Part shown: positions 1-11,719 of the stretch, in pieces
Numbering within the stretch: position 1 is the stretch's first letter
Layout: every line of letters begins with the position of its first letter
NCBI RefSeq assembly: GCF_963921235.1
Contig: NC_086097.1
Span: 210,244,001-210,308,000, forward strand
Origin: Mobula hypostoma
Lineage: Eukaryota
Direction: 5' to 3'
DNA: 64,000 nucleotides
Notes under the pieces: generated by a model
The model's input: the letters and a program-made list of their open reading frames with translations, nothing else
Database searches by the model: none
What the model was told of the DNA's origin: nothing
Program-made: the position numbers and the translations under genes

Positions 1-374
1 TTATATACTGAGAAACCACTTCGGTTGAAAGTGAACTAACGCATCAGAGCTTATTCATTCTAGATGCTATTTAAGCGGAATTTTTAAATTTGTAGTTTAA
101 TTGTTCTTATTGTTCTCCTTTTTATTAATCCAGTCTTCCTACCCTTTGTGTAGTGACATCAAGTTCACTTTCTAAATTATACTTCCTTTTCAATGTCCAT
201 TCGTTTATTTCACAATCCCTTAAAACTGTTATCAACCTTTCTTATCAGCTACCTAGCAAATAAAAGTGTTGAATTTAATTACAGATAATTTTAGATAACT
301 TTGGCCATGGCTCATTCAATTTGTACCTAATCTAACACAGGCAGCCCTGCCCTCCAATTGGGCACGAGATATCT

Positions 375-680
375 AAGAGCATGCTGCCGATGGGTACTTT
401 CCAAGCTGATGTACTTGCTGAGGAATGCAGTGAAGACATGTGGGGAAGAACTGCATTCTGATGCCTTTCAGCCACTAGGGGCTAGTTTTGTATTGCTAAA
501 GGAGGGGCATGCAGGTGGTATTGGTGCTCTGCACACGGAACATACGCACACCACTAATGCCTAGAAATATAAGTGTGAACCACTGGACTAAGCAAATAGA
601 AAGATAGACCTGTAATGTTTCTGTATTTTTGTCTGTATTTTTATGAATAAATTTTATTTTGAAAAAATATTAAAAAATTA
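375..680 (+). mobile_element. Possible decayed Tx1/L1-like LINE 3' end
   Basis: CCR..SK..YLLRNAVK..WGR-like end followed by TGTATTTTTATGAATAAA and an A-rich tail; recognised from memory only. Confidence 0.4.
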
Positions 681-3139
681 AAATGTATGGATTTGCATTC
701 CATAAATTATTTTACAATGGTCAAACTTCAAGCAAAATCAGGCAATTTTGCCAAGTCTACTTTGAAATGAGTTAACATCTTAATGTGGGAGCTTGAATTA
801 TTAATGCTCAATTTATTTCATGGGCCTGTGATTGTAAAAGACTAACTAGATCACTTAGATAAAAAGAAAACTAGAGCATTTTGCCCAACACAAATTTAAT
901 ATATTTCAGTGTCTTGTTTTGAAAAACTGGACACTTGCATTTTGAAAGCAACTTTTTCTTTTTTTCAGGGCCCTAAAATGTTTTTAGAGCTAATGAAACA
1001 CATTTGAATTGTAGTCAGGATGTAATTTAAAATCAGGAACTAATTTGAGAGTGAAAGGGACTAAAATTATGAACAATTCTTACAAGCTCTATCAATAACA
1101 CTCAAATTCTCAAGTCCATGTGCAAGGTTATTTCTAAGACTATAAAGATGTGAACTCATTGGAAACAGGATTTTTAAAAAAATACTGTAATATTAAGGAA
1201 AAGCGAAGACATGATTAGGTGCAATTATATTTGCCTACTTGGAAGCAAATTGTATAAGTGCAAACATATGTTATTTTTAGAACATGGGCACAACTCACAA
1301 TGCTAAATTTCACCAGCTGTGCTGAGTCTGTGCCCCAGATCTGCTTGTCCTTGCAGTTTCAGGACTTTGGTGGTATCTTGAAGTTTCATGATTTTCTGAG
1401 CGATTGGCAATGAAATCATATGTCCACACCAGTCTGTGATAGTGTTTCAAATGGCATTATAGTTCTAGTACTTCAGGAAAATTCGCTTGGAGGGGTTGTT
1501 AATCTAGATAATTTACCTGGTGTAATCCATTTATGCATATTGCAACTATTCACAGTAAAGGTAGAAATTGAATTAATTGAGCATACTAATTCAGCAGACT
1601 ATTTCCTCTTACCAGTGAAATTTCAGACTTTAGTACATCTGCACCAATCCAGAACAATGATTATCCTATCATTAGCTTACTATACAACCATAGTCTACAG
1701 CATAGAGATAGCATTGACCTGGAGTGATCATGCCACATATTTCACACCTGATTTGTCCGTCTTATTTCTGCACATACCTATACTTTGAGATAATACCTTC
1801 CAGAGTTCTACATGGTAGCATAACTTGCCTGTCTGTGGTTAAGGTGTAGCAATGGGCCCATGACAGCACTAAAGCGGTGAAGCAAATGTCAATAGGGGGC
1901 AGTTGTGTGTTTCTCTGTTCAAAATGATGATTGGCTGCATCTTACTGAAGATGATCTCACTAAGCCAGACAGTCTCTATTCCTGCCACAAACCCTTGACA
2001 AATCCAATCGCTGGCCAAGTCTCTTTGATCCATTTCCAATCCCACATCCTTTTCTGATCACTTGGTTCCACTTTAAAATCATTCTTCAGCCAATCCCACA
2101 AAATAAACATGCGCTTTGCAAAAGTGTTAATACTCCTCTCATTTCACATCAAAACTCCACTCCATCAATGCTTTTCTCCAAGTTTAATTTTCATTGATAC
2201 CTAATACTCCTTACTCATTACTTCAGCCAAACTATCCACTACTGTCCATTTTTTAGCTTGAAACACCAATATTTATCTTGCCTTCCACTTACCTCTTCCA
2301 ATGCACATCCTAACTCTATTACCTCCTCCTTGCAGTCAATTATATCTTGAGCAATTTTTATTTATAATACCTAATGACAATACATTCCATTACTTTTAAA
2401 GTCTTAATACATTTAGTTTTGGCCTCATGTAAACCCAAGCCTAGATGTCATCCATGTGTGCTCCACTGAAGTTGAATTAACAAAGGATCAATTTGCTACT
2501 ATCAGCCCCACTCCTGGCCATTCCAAGTAGAATCATGGTTCAGGTAATAGTGCCCCAAGGATTTGTGCCACTGGTATTCTGGTACATACAAGTTCTGAAA
2601 TTAACTACTTTAAGTTCTGATGGTAGGTCAATAACTAGGGTTGTTTCTCCTATTGACTTCCATCTACTTAACACTTCCAGAAGTAAAACTTCAAAATGTG
2701 TTTAATTGCCTTTGGATGACAGGTGCTTCAAAAAAGGGCACTTAGTCTGTTAAACTAAAATATTGTAAGTTACACAGCTTTAAGATCAACATTCTGAGTA
2801 TACTTATTCAAAAATGCCTGCAAGGTCCACCCAAGACAGGCCTTTGCAGCAATTAGTCTGCACTTTCAACACAAGTTTTTTTTAGAAAAAGCCAATTAGC
2901 TGTACATAACATTGCTTTAATCATTAGAGGTTGATGGAAAAAATGTCAAACTAATTATAAAAAATCTAATTACTGTTTGTATTACAAAAGTGATTTAATT
3001 TCTAGGAGCAGAATTTCTAATCGAGTCAGATAAACGAAATACCTAGTTCTATATATTGTCCTAGTTGATTTAAATAAGTTACACCCTCTTATATTCACAC
3101 AAAAAAAAATCAAAAGGCTCTGCTTTAAATTAAGGAAGA

Positions 3140-3870
3140 TAGTGGATTCTAGTTAATTGGGCTATCAATTAATCAGGGCAGCCACTTATTTGGGACAACT
3201 CTTACAGCAAAAAACGAATCTAGAGAATTTCCTCATTTGGGACACAATATTAATTGGGGCAGACTTGCCAAATTCTAATTAATGTCAGACATGCACACTT
3301 TTGTGGCCATTAAACGCTACACTGTTTAGAACAAAGTTTTTAAAATAGCATCAATTATGTGTTTGTGTTCAAGTGGTTTGTATTAGATAGTCGGCAAGAA
3401 ATAAACAGTGAGGAAATTCATAACTGTTTTGCTCACTGTGATTTCAAGCATTCAGGCTAGGAGATGCCAGAAACAACTGGGAGAGTAAAAAACTATTTCA
3501 CTGCTTCATTAAGTAAGGAAATATCAATAATTTGAAGGTATCAACAACCATCTTGAATGTTGCAATAAAAATGATCATCTGGAGGATGCAATCATTGACA
3601 GCATTGTATGAAGGCAGTCCATTACCTGCACTAGGTGTCAGCAGATTTTCTTCATCACTAAAACGGATGAATTCCTCCATCAATAATTAGTTTTACAGTG
3701 GCTATGTTCTAATTTGTTCTGTTCTATTACATTTAAATACATAATTTGTTACTCGGTTTTTTTTAATATACTTTTTTAAACTATTTCCATGAAACTTTGA
3801 CTTAGGGCAGCTGCTTAATAGGGCCAAAATGTACTGGTCCTGATGCATCTCAATTAAGTAGAAGCCACTA
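3140..3870. mobile_element. Old Tigger/pogo-like non-autonomous DNA transposon
   Basis: Imperfect TIRs TAGTGGATTCTAGTTAATTG / CAATTAAGTAGAAGCCACTA with subterminal TTAATTGGG-like repeats. Confidence 0.65.
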
Positions 3871-4185
3871 TTCCAAACTGGTTAATATCTGGTATGTAAT
3901 ATAAAAGACTTCACAGTGTTTAATCAGTCACTGAGGAGTATGTGGTTCACGAAAGTCCTGCTCAAAATTTGTTCACAGGCGTGTCCCTAATTTACCATTT
4001 CTAGTTTGCTAGGCTGGCGAGAGCATCTTGAATGCCTTTACAACAATATAAGTGCAATTTACTGAAGCATCCTCAATCTATGAAGTGTTTTAATTTCATT
4101 GGTCACACTAGAGGATAAAACATCTATTTGGTTGTGTTAATAAAAATAAATTCAGATTAAGAAAAATCACTGTGGAATTTTAATT

Positions 4186-4191
4186 TTTATT
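4186..4191 (-). terminator. RPS20 poly(A) signal AATAAA
   Basis: AATAAA 15 nt after the stop codon; a short 3'UTR is typical of ribosomal protein mRNAs. Confidence 0.8.
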
Positions 4192-4206
4192 TCATTTCCA
4201 TAAGAT

Positions 4207-4455
<249 letters not shown>

Positions 4456-6655
4456 CTAATGACCATACAAAGTGAACTAACAAAGGAAAAACTGTAAACT
4501 GAGCTACATCAAATTGAATAAAAGTACAAAATTTTCAAGAATGATTTACCAATACGTTTGGATATATTCTCATGCTGAAATATCAATTAACTAATTGATC
4601 CATTGATCTGCAATTCACTTCCCCAAGAGGTTTTGAACAGCAGCATGATACTATGCTAAAAAAAATGTGAGTTTTCACAGCTGAAGCCAGTAACATTGCA
4701 AGGTTGAAGCAGCAAGCAGAATAGCAAGAACTAAAATAATAACCCAGTGCAACACTAAGGAAACTGATGTATTCTAGCATTTATTCAAGACTGTGAGAAA
4801 TTCAGTACGTCTCTTGGTGGTCATTGACAGTGTAATGATATTTCTGACAGTCTTTGAATGCATGTAGTAGCATGTAATGCCACAAGACACTAAATTCTAC
4901 TTGCAATTAACTGTAAGGAAAGTCCTAAGTGCATTTTGATAGTGGTATATTCTTTGAACAGTGAAAATTCCACATTTCCCTAGGTGAAATGCAGGGCAGG
5001 TGAATGAGAGAAGAGTAGTTTGTGGAACGACTGAAGAATTTATTGCAGCTGGAATTTCATCATCCATTCCATACAAAAAAAAAATCAGATGCTAGCATTG
5101 GTTGTATAAGTATCAGTGACAATGTCAAAGGTGTTAATGCAGATACTTAAAATTGTCAAATAAGACAGCATCAACTCTTAAAACTGCTAGTACCTGCCTG
5201 AGAGCACCAAGATACATACATAACATAAATTTTTCCCAATATTATGCAACAAAACAGGCCTAACTACACAGCCATATTTGAACCTGTATATGCATGGTCA
5301 CATCAGTTGTGATTTTGTTGCCTAATGTCAGTTTCAGGTTTTTGGTAGTCAGTATTGCATTTACCAAATTTTTGAAGCAATGTATAGTAACATACTTAAA
5401 TTCCAAGTTCAATTCCTAGTTACCAAGATTCTTAAATTAGTTACCAATTAATCAAACTACTACCTTTTAAATTAATAATTTGTTTACCCGAAACATTACC
5501 TATTAAAAGAAACGCGTCTATTCAGAACCTTCCACTGCACTGGGATACTCTCAAACCCAATTCCAATGTTCTTAGAATACTCCGTTATAATGTAGTTATG
5601 GTATATTTTCAAATCTAGTTCCTAGTAACAATAGTAATAATGGGATCTACTGATACAACTCCTGTCTCCTCCACCACCAACTCAGGATCAAGCCAAACTT
5701 CCCCAGTCCTCGATGGTCAAATCTCTGAATTCAACGCCAACACTGCTTCTCCTGCCAGAAGAGATCTGAACAATTCTAACCCATCTGAAAATTCATTCTA
5801 AAAATCACTTGATATTTAGAACTCACCCATTCTTCGAATTCAAGAGCAATACATTTTTGTAACTTTCATGACATTTGTAAGATTACTTTCTGTACTTTTG
5901 TCGCACTTCCTCTCAGTAGATATATGAGCTCACAAAAGCATCACAATTACTATACAGTTTTCTTATTCTTATACCTGATATTTCCCCTTGCAATTCAAGC
6001 AAATCTTGCTTTTATCTGCATGTTAACTTTCTGCATTTTATTGCTTTTGAATTTTATGTCCTGGCTCTCTGGTAGAATTGTCCTGGTTTATATCCTTAAA
6101 ACATCTCAATATTTTTAAAATGCCATAAAAGATTTAAATTGAAGCTACACACCTGCCTGCCAGTAACTGCTGGCCAAATTCGTGGTTCAATGGAAAATAC
6201 TTGGCAACCAAAGTAAAGAATATAGATACCCTCCAGCATTTTGTGCATGTTGCATGTATTAAATATAGAATAAGATATAGAATATGGACATATGACCTTC
6301 AGATCAGATATGAAGAAATTGTCACATCCCAGATTAGTTCACAGCTATTATATATATTATTATTCTTTATACAGTGATCTTGGTGTAACAATGAAATAAC
6401 TGACCCGTTTCTTGTGAAAGTTGAGGCTAATGTAGTAACCAGATACGCCCATTTATATATTACATAAGATCAATAAACACTCATCAATCTCTTTCAAATC
6501 ACCTGTCTCTGCATAACATAGCAAGTGCTAGTCTGAATTATATATCCAATCTAAATTCTAATTTCTGATTTGCTGTAACTTTAAGCTGCAAATACAAGAT
6601 CACAGCAAATAAAATCAATGCACAAAATTGTCTTTATCCATATAAAGCAGCATAC

Positions 6656-6729
6656 CTTGGTGGGCATACGAACAGGTCCCTTGACTTTTAGGTTCTTCTC
6701 TTTGGCACCACGAATTAGATCTGCACAAA
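6656..6729 (-). CDS. RPS20: RPS20 exon 3 (74 nt)
   Basis: (V)[27 protein letters not shown] acceptor and GTATG donor. Confidence 0.97.
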
Positions 6730-6799
6730 CTGCAGATAGAGGAACAAAGTTGTTACGAACAAAAACAAACATTGCCAGAATTTACAGTCAGCTTCAGAA

Positions 6800-6862
6800 C
6801 TGGCTCAGAATAGCGTATAAATCAATCATGTAGTTTCATTTACAGAATATCCTCCTTGCCAG
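6800..6862 (-). ncRNA. SNORD54: Box C/D snoRNA SNORD54 (U54), guide for 18S rRNA 2'-O-methylation (Gm644 in human)
   Basis: RPS20 intron 2, ~70 nt upstream of the acceptor; terminal stem CTGGC/GCCAG; D' ATGA, C' ATGATTG; guide TTATACGCTATT then D box CTGA, complementary to 18S AAUAGCGUAUA; RPS20 is the known host gene. Confidence 0.92.
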
Positions 6863-7271
6863 GACATACAAAACCCTGTAATTTCAATAGAACAAACAAG
6901 TTTTTACTTATACAAATTTATTATTGATTAAGGAAGCACTTTTGTTTAAAAGTACAACCTTTTTAAACAAATCTTATGCTTGTAAACTCAAAAACTGAGC
7001 CTCCAAATGAGAAAATTTGCATTGATAATCAAAAAATCAAACTGAGGCTTTCAAACAATTCGAAGCAAGAACAATTTAACTAAGTTTTCTTGGTTATATT
7101 TAAATTTCCATACAAGTCCAAACTGTCCAGCTACATGTCCTTGCTGCTCATTGATGCATTGATCCAATTACTCAAGTGTGCACATCTACCACTGACTGAT
7201 CAAGAACTTTTAAGTTTTTTCTCTCAATATTTACAAAAAATTTTTTAAGTCCACTTTGTACATATGCTTAC

Positions 7272-7371
7272 CTTTCTCAAGTGATTTTACATTTCGGCTG
7301 GTCAAAGTAATTCTAATGCGATGGATTGCAACCTCCTGTTCTACAGGTGCTTTGCTAGCGTCTTTAAATGC
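7272..7371 (-). CDS. RPS20: RPS20 exon 2 (100 nt)
   Basis: Translates [35 protein letters not shown] acceptor 7373-7372, GTAAG donor 7271-7267. Confidence 0.97.
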
Positions 7372-7922
7372 CTTTATGAGTGGAAAGTAGAGATGCAAAT
7401 TAAAATTAGATTCTCAAAGAACATAGCTTGTATTTTTCGCCCCCTGAGTAACGTTAAAAATGATTTAGTTATAACGTTTGATACCATATTAAAGTCAATT
7501 ATAAAAAAGTTAACTGATTCAAGTTGTTCCATACCTATACATTTAAGAAATGCTAGAAATACTCAGTTACTGTCTGAGAGAAACGTGATATGAATTATGC
7601 TCTGACAATCATCTGCGCCTCACGATAACTTACGGCCACATAGCCAAACAAGGTCCAACTTACTGGAGGTGAGGTAACCATTTCTTTCTGCCACTAGGTT
7701 CAGGATTCAGCTTGAAGCTTGAAAACAGTGTCTCACTGACATGGGCCATTCAACATTACTCCAGGGAAGTGCACGGACTTTACTTACTTAAATGAAAGAC
7801 ATTCAAATGAATAAACCCCTTGTCTGTGCTCTTCTCTAGAGTAAATTTAGATGGGATTTTATTTCTAGTATTTAAATATCCCTCAATTGAACTTAGCTGT
7901 TTATTTTTAATTCTGTTCAACA

Positions 7923-8392
7923 CAGGACAGACGTGGAGGCTTTGGAAAGGGTGCTGAAGTGGTTTACCAGGATCTGAGTTAGAAGGAATGAGATACAAGG
8001 TAAGGCTGGACAAGCTAATGTTGTTTTCTCTGAAGTAACAAAGGGAGATCTGGTAGAGTTTATTCAGTCACGGGAGCTATAGACAAGGTAGACAGAATCT
8101 TTTGCCCAGGGGTACAAATATCAAGTACTGCAGGACATGCAAACATGCATTTAAAACGGGGGGGGGGGGGGATTTAAAGTAAACGTGTAGGTCAGAGCTT
8201 ATTTTAAAGAGTGGTAGATGCCTGGAATGATCAGACAGGAGTAATGGTGATGGCACTTTAGGACAGTTAAACATGCACACGGATGTGCAAGGAAGTGGAG
8301 GGATATAGATCATGTAGAGACAGAAGAGACTGAACTTAATTTAACAGAATTCAAGGGGCCTGTCTGTTCCTGTGCTGCACTGTCCCATGCTT
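7923..8392 (+). mobile_element. CR1 3' fragment in RPS20 intron 1 (antisense to the gene)
   Basis: ALERV..FTR..., GGGCCTGT..CTGTGCTG..CTGT 3'UTR motif. Confidence 0.65.
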
Positions 8393-8929
8393 ACTAACTG
8401 TTCAAAAGCATGAAAAATCATTAGTCAGACTCAACATCTTTTTTTCGTTTGCTTCATGTATCAGCATCCTTTTCTACGTGTCCGTCAACTGTACACAGTG
8501 CCACCCATCTTTGCGTAACTGATAAACCTATATACGCAATTTCTACTAGCATCGTCCGCACCATTTAGAAATAAAACCTGAAGTCAAACAAGGCCCAAGT
8601 AACTAGAAATAAAAACCCACTGGATTTTTTGAAGACTAACTGCCATTATCAAGCATATTTACCCTTCAACTTATCTTTACTCACGTATATTTCTATCAGT
8701 TGAACTAAAGGTACAAATTGCAGTGCTTCCTATAACCATGTAATTCACACTGTGCTCTAGATCTCATCTACATCCCAGAACTGTCCGAGGTAACACATTA
8801 ACCTGTAAAATTACCACTGGTGTAGTGGATGAAAGGTAAAATCCGGGCCAAGTTTTTGGAACTTTGGGAGGAGAATATCAAAGGGACCAGTACAGGTTGG
8901 AGCTTGATGATCAGCATGGATTCGGTAGG

Positions 8930-9450
8930 CCAAAGGGCCCGTTTCCCTAACAAACTCAAGAGCAACAGCAGCGACGGGAGTGGGGCGCCGGCAGCGGACC
9001 GGCTCGGGCGGCACGTGGACAAATCCAGGCCCGGGCCCGGGCCCACACCAACCAGCGGATACCCGCGATCCCCTCCGGCGCTGCTCACCATGGTGACTTC
9101 CTGACCGACTTATCCGTCGACTTTTCTCCTCCCCGGTGGGAACTCTGAAAGTGAGCGAACAGCGGTGAGTCAGGAGTCAGCGAGCAGATCAGCCCGAACC
9201 CTCGGTCACAGCTAAAGAGGAAGTGGCGCTGCCTTGGCGCCGCTTAAATTGGGCTCCAGCAGCCGCCCCGGAAGGAAACAAGCTGTGGGGTGGAGCCGCC
9301 AGCCAGCGGGGTGGGGTGGGACGGGACGGGACGGCCGGGGTTGATGGAGCTGTGGAGGCCGCGGCAACACTCCACTCTTTGGAAATGTACCCGTGTCCTG
9401 AATTAACCCCGAAGGCAATCTTGGCTCAGCGCACGGCCTTATTCTCAGGA
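8930..9450 (-). promoter_or_regulatory. RPS20 CpG-island promoter with 5'TOP tract
   Basis: GC/CpG-rich; CTTCCTCTTT (9223-9214) polypyrimidine start; AT-rich element ~25 nt upstream (9244-9250); CCGGAAG ETS/GABP-like site near 9268. Confidence 0.85.
9089..9091 (-). CDS. RPS20: RPS20 (uS10) exon 1 coding part (ATG only)
   Basis: Minus strand CACC-ATG followed by donor GTGAG (9088-9084); an ATG-only first coding exon is the known RPS20 structure; lies in a CpG island. Confidence 0.93.
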
Positions 9451-9769
9451 GCAATGGGTACTTTAGGAGGGGAGCCATGCAAAAGCCTGATTCAGCGGAC
9501 CGAGATTTTAGTTAGAATGACACCAAAACTGATCTTAATGCTGCAAAAAGCATTTGTCAGATCCCATATTTAACACAAGTTGACGCAGATTTTTTTTCAG
9601 GATAACTATTGCATATGTGTGAATGTGTGTTTTCATTGGATTCGCTCGCAGGAGCGTGTTTATCACGGCTGGGGCTCCTGCCTGCACAGGGTTAGGTCGA
9701 AAGCTTTTATCGCCAAAATAGTGACCCAGTGGATAAAGAGCTGTTCTCCGAGGCTCACTTAACCACTCA

Positions 9770-10655
9770 AAACCTTACGTATAATATAGCAGAATAGTGC
9801 TCTGACATTAGCACCTATCTAAAACTATACTCCGTGATCAATCTAGTCATTCACAGATCATAAAAAAGACACAAAATAATGAATACGTAAGCAATAAATA
9901 CTGAGAACGTGTGACAGGGTCCTTGAAAGTGAGTGCATAGATTGTGGGAACAGGTAAGTGTTGGGATGAGTGAAGTTAACCCCTCTGGTTCAAGACGGTT
10001 GAAGGGTAATAACTGTACCTGAACCTGCCGGTGAGAGTCCTGAGGCTTCTCTGCCTCCTTTCCTGAAGACAGCAGCGAGAAGAAAGCATGACCTGGATGG
10101 TGGACTTAGATGACAGTAGTGGTCTCAGCTAACTCAAATATGGCATTGGAATTGTACTTACCTTCACAGCCATAAGTATGAAGGAGTACAGCAGGGGTCT
10201 CAGCACATAACCTGTACTAATGGTGATTGTAGAGGAGTACTGGCATTCTGAACTGACTGGGGTCTACAAGTGAGGAAACAGAGGATCCTGTTGCATGAGG
10301 AAATATCGAGGCCTAGATCTTGGAGCTTATTGATTAGCTTTAAGGGGATTACATTATTGAATATAGTCAATGAAGACCATGCTTATGTGTGCATCTTTAA
10401 TGTCCAAATGTTTCTGGGTTGAGTGAAGAAAGTTCAGACCTCAAAGTAAATTTGTATTTTAATAAATCTAGAATAATAGCCATACAGAATCAATGGAGGA
10501 GTACTCATCTTGGGTGTTCAACCAGAATGCAGGAGAAAAAAACTGTGCAAATACAAAAAGAAATAATAAATAAGCAATAAATATTGAAAACACAAGATGA
10601 ATAGTCCTTGAAAGTGAGTCCATTGGTTGTAGGCACATTTCAATAATGGGCAAAT
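9770..10655 (-). mobile_element. Rex1/Babar fragments (3' ends and RT pieces)
   Basis: Two copies of GTCCTTGAAAGTGAGT matching the reverse complement of 40817-40835, plus an RT-like segment. Confidence 0.6.
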
Positions 10656-10783
10656 GCTTTACCTGTAATGGACTGGGCAGAGTGAAGACTTAAGGGCTTC
10701 GGCTCACCGGGCTTAGGCGGAAGCGGGTGAGGCGAGGAAGGTTTGACATTCATTTTCTGTTGCTATTTGAGGAGAGGGGCATT

Positions 10784-11719
10784 ATGACTGTGAGGGCAGT
10801 TTGCTGTTCTCGGTGTCGGATGTGGGAGGCCCTGGAGTCTCCAAGCCTCCCGGACGTCTACATCTGCGCCAAGTGCATCGAGATGCAGCTCCTAAGGGAC
10901 CGCGTTACGGAACTGGAGCTGCAGCTCGATGACCTTCGTCTGGTCAGGGAGAGTGAGGAGGTGATAGAGAGGAGTGGAAGGCAGGTGGTCACGCCGGGGC
11001 CACGGGAGGCAGACAAGTGGGTCACGGTTAGGAGGGGGAAGGGGAAAAGGAAGGTGATGGGGAGTACCCCGGCGGCTGTGCCCCTTAACAACAGGTACTC
11101 CTGTTTGAGTACTGTTGGGGGGGACAGCTTACCCGGGGGAAGCGACAGTGGCCCTGCCTCCGGCACAGAGTCTGGCCCTGTAGCTCAGAAGGGTAGGGCA
11201 AGGAAGAGGAGGGCAGTTGTGATAGGGGACTCGATAGTAAGGGGGTCAGATAGGCGATTCTGTGGACGCAGTCCAGAGACTCGGATGGTAGTTTGCCTCC
11301 CTGGTGCCAGGGTCCGGGATATTTCTGATCGTGTCCAAGATATCCTGAAGTGGGAGGGTGAAGAGCCAGAGGTCCTGGTACATATAGGTACCAATGACAT
11401 AGGTAGGAAAAGGGATGAGGTCCTGAAAGAAGAATATAGGGAGCTAGGAAGGGAGTTGAGAAAAAGGACCGCAAAGGTAGTAATCTCGGGATTACTGCCT
11501 GTGCCACGCGACAGTGAGAGTAGGAATGCGATGAGGTGGAGGATAAATGCGTGGCTGAGGGATTGGAGCAGGGGGCAGGGATTCAAGTTTTTGGATCATT
11601 GGGACCTCTTTTGGCGCAGGTGTGACCTGTACAAAAAGGACGGGTTACACTTAAATCCTCGGGGGACCAATATCCTGGCAGGGAGATTAGCGGGGGCTAC
11701 TGAGGTGACTTTAAACTAG
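10784..11719 (+). CDS. CR1 ORF1p: zinc finger, coiled coil, SGNH esterase domain
   Basis: CSRC...CAKC, LELQLDDL heptads, IGDSIVRG, PGA, HIGTND, DGLHLN; first ATG at 10784. Confidence 0.93.
   Translation: MTVRAVCCSRCRMWEALESPSLPDVYICAKCIEMQLLRDRVTELELQLDDLRLVRESEEVIERSGRQVVTPGPREADKWVTVRRGKGKRKVMGSTPAAVPLNNRYSCLSTVGGDSLPGGSDSGPASGTESGPVAQKGRARKRRAVVIGDSIVRGSDRRFCGRSPETRMVVCLPGARVRDISDRVQDILKWEGEEPEVLVHIGTNDIGRKRDEVLKEEYRELGRELRKRTAKVVISGLLPVPRDSESRNAMRWRINAWLRDWSRGQGFKFLDHWDLFWRRCDLYKKDGLHLNPRGTNILAGRLAGATEVTLN

Noticed and set aside
1..3000. LYN last exon expected from synteny
   Set aside because: No kinase C-terminal coding sequence seen; the region could be 3'UTR or intergenic, but this cannot be supported.
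7560..7615. Second C/D snoRNA in RPS20 intron 1 (ATGATTG...CTGA)
   Set aside because: Poor box C, no terminal stem, no recognisable rRNA guide, atypical distance from the acceptor.
8798..9573. Several ORFs over the RPS20 promoter
   Set aside because: Low-complexity products of a GC-rich CpG island.
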